The notes beneath the pieces were generated by a model, which saw only the letters and a program-made list of their open reading frames with translations, had not been told where the DNA came from and made no database searches. The position numbers and the translations under genes were made by a program. Positions 30,831 through 40,447 of a stretch of DNA of 64,000 bases are shown in pieces. Numbering within the stretch: position 1 is the stretch's first letter; each line of letters starts with the position of its first letter. The DNA comes from a virus (taxonomy: Duplodnaviria > Caudoviricetes): positions 1 through 64,000 of the IMG/VR virus record IMGVR_UViG_3300010163_000012, one strand, 5' to 3'.

Positions 30831-31160
30831 TACTCCGCCCCATTTTTTCAAATCCGTTTTTCTTAACAGCATTACTGGATGTCTAAGTAATGTTGCTTTA
30901 TCTTTTATTCATGTTAAGACGAAACTCTTCCAGTAGCACATTATTATATATAGGCTTCTTCATCTCCAAACCTGTTGTTTCCAATTTCTCATATCTGTCA
31001 CATAAGGTTCTATAATATATCAATCTCAAATTTTTCCCAGAGCCCATTTTTCAAATCCGTTTTTAGTAATATAACATTGAATTTCCGATTGATATTTGCA
31101 CACTTACCAAAATTATGCGTACTTTTGCAGAAAAATTGATATATTCATAATCCCATCGCA

Positions 31161-32138
31161 ATGAAATCACAATTTCAGACCCTATCTTTTCTCTCTAATT
31201 ATGTCCCAAAAACATCATTAGATTCTGAATTTATAAATTCCTTTTTGATACAACGCTTCCAGATTACCCCCAAAACGCCTGTATTCACCCCAAATTCCGA
31301 CGCAAATCCAATGGATGTGCAATCTTTCGTCTCGTGGTTTGAAAGTGGCTTAAACGCGCTCAAAATGGCTTGTTTCCAAAATGAGGTTGTTTTACTTGGT
31401 AATTTCACTCTTGAAACCTGTGAAATCATCGGTTCTCTACTTGATGATGGCTCAGTAAACACCGAAGTCCGTACCGTAGCCAGTGAAGAACTGTCTGAAG
31501 CCACAGAAGAAGACATCCAGAAATTCTATGAAGCACTCTTCAGCAATAATCTCCAACCGGATCCAAACAAACTGAGGCTTGTTCCCAAATATATTCCTAA
31601 TCCGGGTGATCGTGTGATCTTTTATGATTATTCACTGGAAGTTCAAGGCGTGGGAGTAGTCCGCCATATTGATTCTGAGCATGATGTGATGTTTTACTGC
31701 TACTTTACTTATCCTACACCCGGCCATCCAAAACAAATCGGCTACTCTCTTGCTGAAACTCCGGGATATGACATCAGGACAATGGTGTTCGAGAACATTG
31801 ACCAGGACAATATACCTACTACACTGGGTAATTCCACCAGTTGTTTCAGACGTCTTGGGAAAGAGTTAGAAAAAGTGGGAAAGGTATGGAAAAATAAAAC
31901 ACTAAGAATTGAACCACTAAATGCAAAAGTACCGATTGGAGATAAGTATTTTTACATCTCAGACAAAATGGTAGTTAGGGAAGAAATCGAAAAGGGAACC
32001 CCGACCTCGCAATTCCGTTATCTGGCCGGTAACTATTTCACGACACATCAAGCTGCCATGCAAATGCTTGGAAGGTTCAACGACGAACTGAGAGATTATC
32101 TTGCCTCTGACAAATGGCCCGAAGTAGATAAAGACTAA
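31161..32138 (+). CDS. Hypothetical protein (325 aa)
   Basis: Only long plus-strand ORF in the left half; promoter TACTTTTG at 31120-31127. Confidence 0.75.
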   Translation: MKSQFQTLSFLSNYVPKTSLDSEFINSFLIQRFQITPKTPVFTPNSDANPMDVQSFVSWFESGLNALKMACFQNEVVLLGNFTLETCEIIGSLLDDGSVNTEVRTVASEELSEATEEDIQKFYEALFSNNLQPDPNKLRLVPKYIPNPGDRVIFYDYSLEVQGVGVVRHIDSEHDVMFYCYFTYPTPGHPKQIGYSLAETPGYDIRTMVFENIDQDNIPTTLGNSTSCFRRLGKELEKVGKVWKNKTLRIEPLNAKVPIGDKYFYISDKMVVREEIEKGTPTSQFRYLAGNYFTTHQAAMQMLGRFNDELRDYLASDKWPEVDKD

Positions 32139-32199
32139 AAAAATAATGTCCGACAAGACTTAAAGACATCATGCCGGGCATTATTGTATATCGGGCATG

Positions 32200-34179
32200 T
32201 TACTGGAGTGCTTGATGTGCTACTGTGTCCATATAACCGTTTCGCTCATTCCATTCCACCACATTTTCCGCTGAGAATATATACGCTTTCTTATGAACTC
32301 CATCACAAGGCTTGTATTTACCACATAGAGCACCTGTGAACTCATTATATCCCACAGATGATAAATTATAGCACCAAGGCTTCAAAAGATGGTCTGGGAG
32401 CCCGCCACCACTTTCTAAGACTGTTCCTTTGCCATCAGTAAACTCATCAATTATGTTTTCATCACTTGAGACAACAAAATCACGGTAGAAAGCCTTGATT
32501 GCAATTTCCATCGGGGAAAGGCTGGAATCGTTAGCAGACAGAATGAGTCCTATCAGTTTTTTGTTCTGGAAGTTCTTAGTCTTCTTATCTCCCTTACTGG
32601 CAGTAAACACATCGTTCGCTTCTATATCATAGAACCGGTCAATCGCAATTTTCAATGCCGGCACCGACTTGTCTTGCATAGTACATGGACTCCACTGGAA
32701 GATTTCGTATGGGTTAAAGTCCTGGAACGTTTTGAATCCGAACTTAACTTCCCATTCGTTATTGTCTCCATAAACATACCGCCCCTGTTCAATCGCTCCC
32801 AGCATATCGTCATAGACATTCTTAGCAAGAGAATAAACCTCATCCTGTGGCAATGCAGCTCCAATCATCTCCTTCCAATCTGTTAGCTGAGGTTCATCTT
32901 CTATTTCGCCTTCTTCGTTGATTCTGCTGGAAGAATGATAATGTTCACAGTAAAGGTCGAAGATGCCCCACCAGAATTGATACAAGAAAAAATCAACTGG
33001 AGATTTCACAACCTCGTCGAGACAGTCAACAATCTCTTTAATCCTTTCCATCCTTATGAAAGGCTTTTTTCGGTAAGGATTCCTTGCCCTCATAGACCGT
33101 TCCGCTCTTTTTAGCGTTTGCTGGGAAATATTCTCAATCTCCATGAAATCCTCATTAATCTCTTCTGAAGGTTTATCGAAATCTATAACCTCAACCTTTC
33201 CAAACCCTTCAAACCCTTTTTTAATATCCTTCTGGAAGTTTTCGTTTTCTTGTTCTGTTTGAACCTCGTTTTTTAGAGGGTCGTCTCCCTTATTATTATT
33301 TTTATTATTATATATTATTACTGTATTGCAGAAGTGCAACACTTTTGAGGCTAAAAGTTGCAGAAGTGCAACATTCGATATTGCAGAAGTGCAACATTTT
33401 CCAAGGTCAAAAATAGAGTTTTCGGGGAAGAATCCAGTTTCAAAAGCTACTTTTATGGCTTCAATTACCTCATGTTGCAAAAGTGCAACATCTAACGTCT
33501 CAGAAAACATTGCAAAAGTGCAATATGTGTTGCATAAGTGCAATGTTTTTGCTATCTCTTGTGCGAAATGTTGCACTTCTGCAACATTGAACCCCAATTC
33601 CTCTATGTTGCACTTTTGCAACATTTCTTGGTTGCGTTGGTCGGAATATTGCACTTCTGCAATATTTTCAACTTCTGAACTTGAATATGTTGCAGAAGTG
33701 CAACACTGCATCGAAATAGAACTGCCGGAAACTCCAACCAACTCAGAACGACATTGCACTTGTGCAACAATTCCGTACTTTTCTAATACCTGTATGCCAT
33801 TTTGGGAAAATTCTTCAGCGAATTTTTCCTTGTCTGACTTGTTGAGCAATTCGTAGTATTGCACAAGTGCAACATATTTGTCGCACATCATAGATATTCC
33901 GTTCTTGTACCTTTTAATCAGACCAAGTGCTTCCAATCGTTCAAGTGAAGCAGGAACCGTTCGATACACATTAAGTCCGGACATATACCCCAATTGTCTT
34001 TGAGATAAGATGATGGTTTGGTTGTCAAGCGAAATAGCCAATTGCTTCCTGACAATATCAAGCAAGCATTGAAACAGCAATCGATCTGATGTGTTTTGTA
34101 TCAGCTGATTGTTCGCATAATAATGCAATCCATATCCGGCGACCTGTACTTTCTCTGCATGATTAGTTGACTTTGACAT
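32200..34179 (-). CDS. Putative replication initiator (N-terminal winged HTH, internal iterons)
   Basis: LSQRQLGYMSGLNVYRTVPASLERLEALGLIKR wHTH; internal DNA repeats as in lambda O-type initiators. Confidence 0.55.
   Translation of the reverse strand: MSKSTNHAEKVQVAGYGLHYYANNQLIQNTSDRLLFQCLLDIVRKQLAISLDNQTIILSQRQLGYMSGLNVYRTVPASLERLEALGLIKRYKNGISMMCDKYVALVQYYELLNKSDKEKFAEEFSQNGIQVLEKYGIVAQVQCRSELVGVSGSSISMQCCTSATYSSSEVENIAEVQYSDQRNQEMLQKCNIEELGFNVAEVQHFAQEIAKTLHLCNTYCTFAMFSETLDVALLQHEVIEAIKVAFETGFFPENSIFDLGKCCTSAISNVALLQLLASKVLHFCNTVIIYNNKNNNKGDDPLKNEVQTEQENENFQKDIKKGFEGFGKVEVIDFDKPSEEINEDFMEIENISQQTLKRAERSMRARNPYRKKPFIRMERIKEIVDCLDEVVKSPVDFFLYQFWWGIFDLYCEHYHSSSRINEEGEIEDEPQLTDWKEMIGAALPQDEVYSLAKNVYDDMLGAIEQGRYVYGDNNEWEVKFGFKTFQDFNPYEIFQWSPCTMQDKSVPALKIAIDRFYDIEANDVFTASKGDKKTKNFQNKKLIGLILSANDSSLSPMEIAIKAFYRDFVVSSDENIIDEFTDGKGTVLESGGGLPDHLLKPWCYNLSSVGYNEFTGALCGKYKPCDGVHKKAYIFSAENVVEWNERNGYMDTVAHQALQ
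33290..33875. repeat. About 12 TTGCA-N3-TGCAA quasi-palindromes plus an AT-rich tract (candidate origin)
   Basis: Copies near 33326, 33358, 33381, 33475, 33510, 33530, 33571, 33608, 33649, 33690, 33754 and 33859; AT-only stretch ~33291-33321. Confidence 0.75.
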
Positions 34180-35652
34180 ACTTCATCGTGATTACACCGT
34201 TTATCATTTGTTGAACTCTCATGTATCCGTTTCTTTTTGCGTATCGTCCGACATTGGCTTTGTTTGGGACGAGCCAAGGTTGTTCCTCTAAGAGGGCTTC
34301 GGCCATCTCGTCGAAGGTCATGGTGTTTTTGAATTTTTGCTCCATATTATTTTATTATTTTATGTTGTTTTTGAAGAATAGTGAATTTTGAATTGGTATA
34401 GGTGATTTTTACGATTTTTATGATATAGAATCACCTTAGAAGCCAAGCATATCCTTATCACGAAAAGGCATCATACGCTCTCGGTGGCACGGTGGCACAA
34501 AGCCTTTATCCTTCTCATGCTTTAGACAATCTTGATGATGTGGACACTCGTTCTCGCAAAAGTACATGTGAGCAGCGATTATAAATGCGCACATTACGAT
34601 TAGGAAGATCAAGAAAATGATGATTCCCAGTATAATTAATATTTCACTCATGGTTTGTATGGTTTACGATTTGTTGAAGATTCTTGAGTATTATCATACA
34701 TTCGTGTGCTTTCTCGTAATTCTCGTTTTCAATTGCACGCTTTTTAATGTCATCAATAAACGGAATCATACATGCCACGATGTTTGCCAACGCAAATGCT
34801 GACCGGTTCATATAGTCTGATTGTGTGTCGTATGATTTGTTGAGCACTTCGCACATTTCGTTGATGGCTCGAATAGTGTTAGCTTCTTTTTCGTTACTGT
34901 GATCAACGTATGCCGCAACTTCTTTGAGAGTATTGGTTACGATATTGAGGACTTTTGCTGTTGTCCGTTGTTCGCGTCTCATGTCAAGCACATTCCAGAG
35001 TATTGCCATAAGAATGGCGAAAATTATAATGTCAGTCATTGTTGTTGAATCCATATTTGTTTATGAAGCTTGGGCAGCATTCGCCACCAATTTGATAATT
35101 TTTGGGAACTATATTCCACGGTTCTACCGGTTCTGCGATGTCGGCCCGGTACCATAGACAATGGTACCGGTCAAAGCATCCTTTGGATAAACACATTTCG
35201 GCATTAAACCCGATGACTCTTCGATATTCGTCTCTTGTGATAAACTTATATTGATCCGGAACCAGTTGTGAAAGCCTTTGTGGAATTGCCCCTCGAAGTA
35301 CCATATTTGTGACAGCATATACTTCTTTAGTGCCCTTCTTAACAACAAACTGTAAAGTCTTGGCTCTGGTTTTGCTGAGTGGCAGTTGCTTCAATGGTGT
35401 GGTCAATTTATACAATTTGCCACTGATAACAATTGTGTCCGGCTCCGGATTATCTAATCGATACCTCCAGTAGGCACAGTCAAAGCATATCTGCTCATTT
35501 CTCATTTTGGAAACCAGCGGATTCTTTATTGAGCGGAAGGCTTCAAGATCTTCCCGCTTGCCACAACATGAACAAGTGATAAATGTATGTGCCATGCCCT
35601 TATGGGTAAATAACCCGAAATGTGTGAGTGGAATATGATTATGCAAGGGCAC
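34163..35652 (-). CDS. Small hypothetical genes (34163-34345, 34436-34651, 34644-35054, 35032-35652)
   Basis: Overlapping co-oriented ORFs; two have N-terminal TM segments and the last is Cys-rich. Confidence 0.55.
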
Positions 35653-35683
35653 AACAGAGTGTGCATCAATTAGGATACCTTAA

Positions 35684-36271
35684 TTAAAGGCTGATAGAGG
35701 CGTAAATGCTGGCAACCTCTTCTTGTGTAATTCCGATGTAGGTTTTTGTAACCTGGATGGAACTGTGGTTGAGAATTTTGTTAAGAAGAATCAAGCTCTC
35801 AGCACTATGTCCGCTTTTGTCATAGACATATCGTCCAAAAGTTTTGCGGAAAGTGTGAGTCGAGAAGTTGTTGATGCGCAATCTGTATTTGTATTTGAAC
35901 TCTTTGAGCTTCATGTTTACATACTGGATGGTCATAGGCTTATCGCCTTGCGGAGACGCCATGATGTAGTCTTTTTTGTCCGGACACCCCAGTAGGTTCC
36001 ATAATTCATTGAATTTTTTTTGAACTGAAGGATTGAATGGAATTTGACGTGTCTTCTTCGTCTTCTGCTCAATAATAGTCACTGACGAAACTCCTAAAAT
36101 GTCTTTCCATCTGAAGCGGAGGGTGTCGGATGCTCGACAAGCCGTGCAAAATGACAGACGTGCATACATTTCCCATCGATAATCCTCATCCTTGTGGAGG
36201 CAATTGAGGAATCTTGTGAACTCATCATAGGGCAGATGGTCACTGGTTGTAATTTGATTTTTCTTTCCCAT
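35684..36271 (-). CDS. Tyrosine recombinase (catalytic domain only)
   Basis: CRASD, EQKTKKTR, THTFRKTF, LNHSS...TKTYI (R-K-HxxR-H-Y). The start is likely ATG 36271, since the track's TTG lies within a TAACTTTG promoter element (36299-36306). Confidence 0.88.
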   Translation of the reverse strand: MGKKNQITTSDHLPYDEFTRFLNCLHKDEDYRWEMYARLSFCTACRASDTLRFRWKDILGVSSVTIIEQKTKKTRQIPFNPSVQKKFNELWNLLGCPDKKDYIMASPQGDKPMTIQYVNMKLKEFKYKYRLRINNFSTHTFRKTFGRYVYDKSGHSAESLILLNKILNHSSIQVTKTYIGITQEEVASIYASISL

Positions 36272-36436
36272 AATAACTGTACTTTCATTTTTGTTCTGCA
36301 AAGTTACAAAGTGAAAAATGGAAATACAAAAAGATTTATAGAAAAATCATCTTTTTGCTGCAATAATTTTTAGATACATAAAAATCCACTGGCTAAAAAT
36401 TACATAATAGCCAGTGGATAAATTATTTATTGATTA

Positions 36437-38383
36437 TTATAGCTGCTTAAACGTTTCAATAGTGTATATTGGAATATTAAGCGATTTTGCTTTTATGGCT
36501 TTGCTTGAAGATGAATTGGTATCTGCTACAATCAAATGGGTAGTATGTTTAGAAACCCCGCTAACCACTTCTCCTCCTTGAGCTGCAATTTCCGCTTCAA
36601 GGTCTTTATCACGCACACCTGTAAAGCATACCTTCATCCCTGCATATTTATCGCCAATTGGCTTTTGGGGCTCTTCCATTGGAAGAATCTTCAGCCTGTT
36701 ACGGGCAACAAAATCATAAAATGGCATGATGCCTTTGAGGAATGATTGCATCGTCTTGTTTAGAGCGAGGAATTGAGGTGTCTTGTCAAAGCCTTCTTTG
36801 GTGAATACATAGCCATGTGTAAATGCGAACCTGTCATTTTCAGATAGATTTGAAACGATACTTTTGGCTTTGACCTGTCCTATGCCCAAGAAACAATCGC
36901 TGGCGTGCATAAGTTTAATAATATCAACGCCATCACGAATTTTTTTGTTTGCGGCCAAAATTATATTGGCTATCGATTCGCCAAAACCATCAATAAGCAT
37001 GAGTTCGTCGAAGGTAATGTCAAGGATTCGTTGGAGTGTGTCATATCCAGCTTTGAACATTTTAGCGATAGTTTCTTCGCCCATTTGCTCAGCTTCCAAT
37101 GTCACATAGAAGTGAACAACTTTTGCGAGACGTATGCCGGGACATTCTGGGTTGGTACAGATAAGTTCAACTTTTGTATCATTCCATTTTGTTGGTTGTC
37201 CGCAATCTGGACAATACAAAAGGTTATCACGCTGCTGTATCATGGTTTCGGCTGTTGCTTCTTCCATGACATTAAGGATTTTGGGGATAATGCCACCTGA
37301 ACGAGTAACTGCGATACGAGCACCTGGTCCGATGCCATTTTCAAAAACATATTTGGCATTGTAGCCAGTAGGGTTTTCCATCATACAGTCTCCGGTATCA
37401 ACTGCATCTATATTGACAACTGGTTTCAGCGCACCAGCTTTACTTATCTTCCAGTCAATGCCTTTGACGGTTGTTTCAAATACATCGGTAAAATCCGGGT
37501 GCTTGTAAGCGATGGCATAGAATGGATTGCCGGTTGTTTGCTGTCGTCCGATGATTTTCCAAAAGTTAATATCATCTAAATAGATTACAAGTCCGTCGAT
37601 GTAATAATCTTTACGCCATGCTTTGAACAGCTCTGCCATTTTTGATTCATCCAGTTCTGCAACGGTTATAACGGTCCCGTAAATGTGCTGATGATATTTT
37701 TCACAAAGAGTTTGAAGTAGTTGTGTGTAGGTCTGGAAGTTTACAAGATCTGACTCGCCTACTCCATACCGATAGAATGTTGTGTATTTTAGAATCTCTG
37801 ACGGTTCATCACGATTAATGAGGCCAGCTACTGTATTACGCGGAGATTTAAGTCTTTCTCCTGTTGCATCTGAGACTCTTCCTGCCAATTCTTGTTCCCA
37901 TGTTCTACAGTCGAACACTAATTCCCCAAAAGTGTAATGAAGGCTGCTGGAACCATCTTGCTTATAAGAAGTCAGCAAGTCGTAGTGTGGAGAACAGTCT
38001 TGACCTTCATTGTCGGCTCCACCTCTTGAATATGTTTTTTTAGCTAACTCATCCCTTAGCCAAGACACTCCGTCGAATTTTGGAGTGATTACTAATTTTG
38101 CTATCTCTGGTATAGCCATTGAAGTCAGCCATTGCTTAATTTCAGCAACAGATTTTACCTTATTCAATGACTTCATTGGTATAGGGAGTTTCATTTTACG
38201 ACCTTTGCTTACAATAGATGGTTCCACACGCTGAAGCCATGCGTTGTTCGGGTCAATACGCCTTAGCTCATTAATCAGTTCGTCATACTGTGTGTCTGAG
38301 ATTTGTGGTTCTCCTTTACGATACGCTTCGTTGTGTTTGGCTATTTGCGCAACAAGGTCTTCGATATATTTTTGAGTATTCAT
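36437..38383 (-). CDS. ligA: NAD-dependent DNA ligase
   Basis: ISDTQYD, KFDG adenylation motif, SPRN, IDGLVI, AIAYK, RSGGIIP, Zn finger, HhH and C-terminal BRCT. Confidence 0.95.
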   Translation of the reverse strand: MNTQKYIEDLVAQIAKHNEAYRKGEPQISDTQYDELINELRRIDPNNAWLQRVEPSIVSKGRKMKLPIPMKSLNKVKSVAEIKQWLTSMAIPEIAKLVITPKFDGVSWLRDELAKKTYSRGGADNEGQDCSPHYDLLTSYKQDGSSSLHYTFGELVFDCRTWEQELAGRVSDATGERLKSPRNTVAGLINRDEPSEILKYTTFYRYGVGESDLVNFQTYTQLLQTLCEKYHQHIYGTVITVAELDESKMAELFKAWRKDYYIDGLVIYLDDINFWKIIGRQQTTGNPFYAIAYKHPDFTDVFETTVKGIDWKISKAGALKPVVNIDAVDTGDCMMENPTGYNAKYVFENGIGPGARIAVTRSGGIIPKILNVMEEATAETMIQQRDNLLYCPDCGQPTKWNDTKVELICTNPECPGIRLAKVVHFYVTLEAEQMGEETIAKMFKAGYDTLQRILDITFDELMLIDGFGESIANIILAANKKIRDGVDIIKLMHASDCFLGIGQVKAKSIVSNLSENDRFAFTHGYVFTKEGFDKTPQFLALNKTMQSFLKGIMPFYDFVARNRLKILPMEEPQKPIGDKYAGMKVCFTGVRDKDLEAEIAAQGGEVVSGVSKHTTHLIVADTNSSSSKAIKAKSLNIPIYTIETFKQL

Positions 38384-38437
38384 ATTAGATATAGTTAAGG
38401 GAGAGCCGATTGGCCCTCCCTAAGTTGTTGTTAATGA

Positions 38438-38881
38438 TTATTTAATACCGGTGGAATTAAAACCGCCTTCGCCACGCTCGGTTGAATCAAGGGAATCTGC
38501 CTCCTCCCATTCAATCTTTACGTATTCTTTGGCGACAATCTGACAGATACGGTCGCCATTGTTGATGATGAAAGGTTCTGTGCCGAGGTTGTGAACTATG
38601 GCGCCTACATCACCACGGTAATCTGCATCCACTGTGCCGGGAGCGTTAGTTAGAGTGATGCCATGTTTGAGCGCAAGACCAGATCGAGGTCGGACTTGGA
38701 GTTCGTAACCTTCAGGAAGCTGGATGTTGATTCCAGAATGAACAAGCTTGTGTTCACCAGGCATAATGGTAATCGGTTCGTTGGTAAATGCACGTAGATC
38801 TAAACCGGCAGACATAGGAGTTGCATACTGAGGTAGCTCGTTGTTCGAGTGATTGATGACTTTTACTTTGATGGTTTTCAT
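38438..38881 (-). CDS. dut: dUTP diphosphatase
   Basis: SAGLDL, RPRSGLA, GTVDADYRG, GDRICQ, RGEGGFNSTG. Confidence 0.97.
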   Translation of the reverse strand: MKTIKVKVINHSNNELPQYATPMSAGLDLRAFTNEPITIMPGEHKLVHSGINIQLPEGYELQVRPRSGLALKHGITLTNAPGTVDADYRGDVGAIVHNLGTEPFIINNGDRICQIVAKEYVKIEWEEADSLDSTERGEGGFNSTGIK

Positions 38882-39225
38882 TTTTTATTACTTTTAGAAT
38901 ATTGTTTATATTTCATTCCTTTACGAGACATACTGGCCGTTGGATAGTATGTTCGTGTGACTCCGCACATTTCGTCATACTCTTCCAGTTTCAAAGTACC
39001 GTAATCGCTTTCTTCTATTTCGATGTCTTTGGCAAGAAACCGAAAATAAAGTCCGCAACTGGATATACTGTTGCCAACACATGCCTGATAAATTGTCGAG
39101 TTGGACGTCTTAAAGGCTGTACCAGCAGCAGTTAATGAATGAAAGTAGCCAATAAATCTTTTAAGGGGACTAAAGACCAAAACCGGATTACTGGTCTTAT
39201 TATTGAGATTTTTCTTCACAGCCAC
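38878..39225 (-). CDS. Putative NUMOD1-like DNA-binding protein
   Basis: FHSLTAAG...STIYQACVG...GLYFRF pattern. Confidence 0.45.
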   Translation of the reverse strand: MAVKKNLNNKTSNPVLVFSPLKRFIGYFHSLTAAGTAFKTSNSTIYQACVGNSISSCGLYFRFLAKDIEIEESDYGTLKLEEYDEMCGVTRTYYPTASMSRKGMKYKQYSKSNKK

Positions 39226-39655
39226 TCATCGCTAAAAGGACTTTGTTGGATAGCCGAGTTTGCGCAGCTGATACGAGATATGTATCAGACACTGCAACCC
39301 CATGCGCAAATAGCTCAAAAATCCTATCGCACATATAAGCCAAAAAGTCAGGTTCGACAAATGCTATGAACAAGAACAGAAATGTTCCATCAATTAGATA
39401 ATGCCCTTCTCCGTTTATAAGACATACTTGGTCGTCTTTGAGCTCGTATGTATCACAAAGTGATTTGATTTGATAGCGATACTGGCTGAAGAATGGCTGT
39501 ATGGGCATAGGTTCTGTCATTTTTGACAGATAGTGTGTTGCATCAAAGTATGACCGCCCAGATTCACTTTGACCAAAGAGCAAGTTGGGAAATTCAGGAA
39601 AGGATTGCTCTTTACACTGGAGTTTGATTTCGCCTTTCCCTGTCTGGCCCAACAT
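39200..39655 (-). CDS. Hypothetical protein, possibly KilA-N-like
   Basis: YFDATHYL; FIAFVEPDF. Confidence 0.4.
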   Translation of the reverse strand: MLGQTGKGEIKLQCKEQSFPEFPNLLFGQSESGRSYFDATHYLSKMTEPMPIQPFFSQYRYQIKSLCDTYELKDDQVCLINGEGHYLIDGTFLFLFIAFVEPDFLAYMCDRIFELFAHGVAVSDTYLVSAAQTRLSNKVLLAMSGCEEKSQ

Positions 39656-40200
39656 CAGCTAAGGGTGAAATTCTCAACCTTATTCTTATGTACGTCAAGT
39701 GGCCAGTAAATAGCTTCTGTCTTGTCAAATTTAATGTCTCGGATTACAAAATCCGACATGGTTTCACCCAAGTATCTGTTGATCTTCTCATGCGCATCAG
39801 CATTGGAGAGTGCCGGCACGTAAAAATCTTCGATTGTTTTCTTTTCTTTGCCAGTTTTTTCATCGAGGGATAAGAACATAACTTTGACCATGTAAAGGCC
39901 AACGCCAGAGGTTTCATCCTCTTCAAAAAAGTTGCAACAAAAGTCTTTTACAGTTTGCTCTTGAGCAAAGGTGTCGTTAAATAATACATCAGAAATCTTG
40001 GTTTTGATGATTTCGTAGTGAACGCTTCCGAATTGAGTGCGATTCAAAGAAGAAATAATTTCATTAACCAGCATTTCGGCTTCAGTGTAGCTCGTTGCCA
40101 GTATCAGTTCTTCAATCTTCTTTTTCGCTAAAGCACCGTTAGGAAGCTCTACTGTACATTCCGTTTTTACTCGGAAATAGCTGCGTTCTTTTTCTTCCAT
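39655..40200 (-). CDS. DUF4494-like protein
   Basis: KKKIEELILATSYTEAE and DEKTGKEKK motifs; promoter TACCTTTG at 40238-40245. Confidence 0.6.
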   Translation of the reverse strand: MEEKERSYFRVKTECTVELPNGALAKKKIEELILATSYTEAEMLVNEIISSLNRTQFGSVHYEIIKTKISDVLFNDTFAQEQTVKDFCCNFFEEDETSGVGLYMVKVMFLSLDEKTGKEKKTIEDFYVPALSNADAHEKINRYLGETMSDFVIRDIKFDKTEAIYWPLDVHKNKVENFTLS

Positions 40201-40417
40201 AATGATTTGAATTGAAGTGAAACTTAATTTGTCGGTGCAAAGGTATATAAAAAATCAATATAACAATAATGAAAATAATCTTTTTAGCATAATTTGTTTT
40301 TGTATTATCTGATTTACAGCATTTTATATATTATGTGATAGAAGATGAATTGCATATTTGACTAATTGTATAAGATAATTGTTAGTTTAGTCTTAAAACA
40401 AAATAGCCAGGAAATTT

Positions 40418-40425
40418 CTATTCTT
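40418..40425 (+). promoter_or_regulatory. Candidate phage late-promoter motif CTATTCTT (also at 43938, 48719, 49399)
   Basis: Same octamer 19-31 bp upstream of the portal, protease, tail chaperone and tape-measure starts. Confidence 0.6.
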
Positions 40426-40447
40426 CAGAAAGTAAACATAGTTACAA

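Noticed and set aside
28138-30936. Many overlapping His/Cys/Arg-rich ORFs
   Set aside because: By-products of GC-rich repeats with few stop codons; only 29446-29934 looks like a real gene.
35684-36420. Prophage integrase with an att site or host junction
   Set aside because: The recombinase is catalytic-domain only and flanked by phage genes on both sides; no host DNA or att core was visible.
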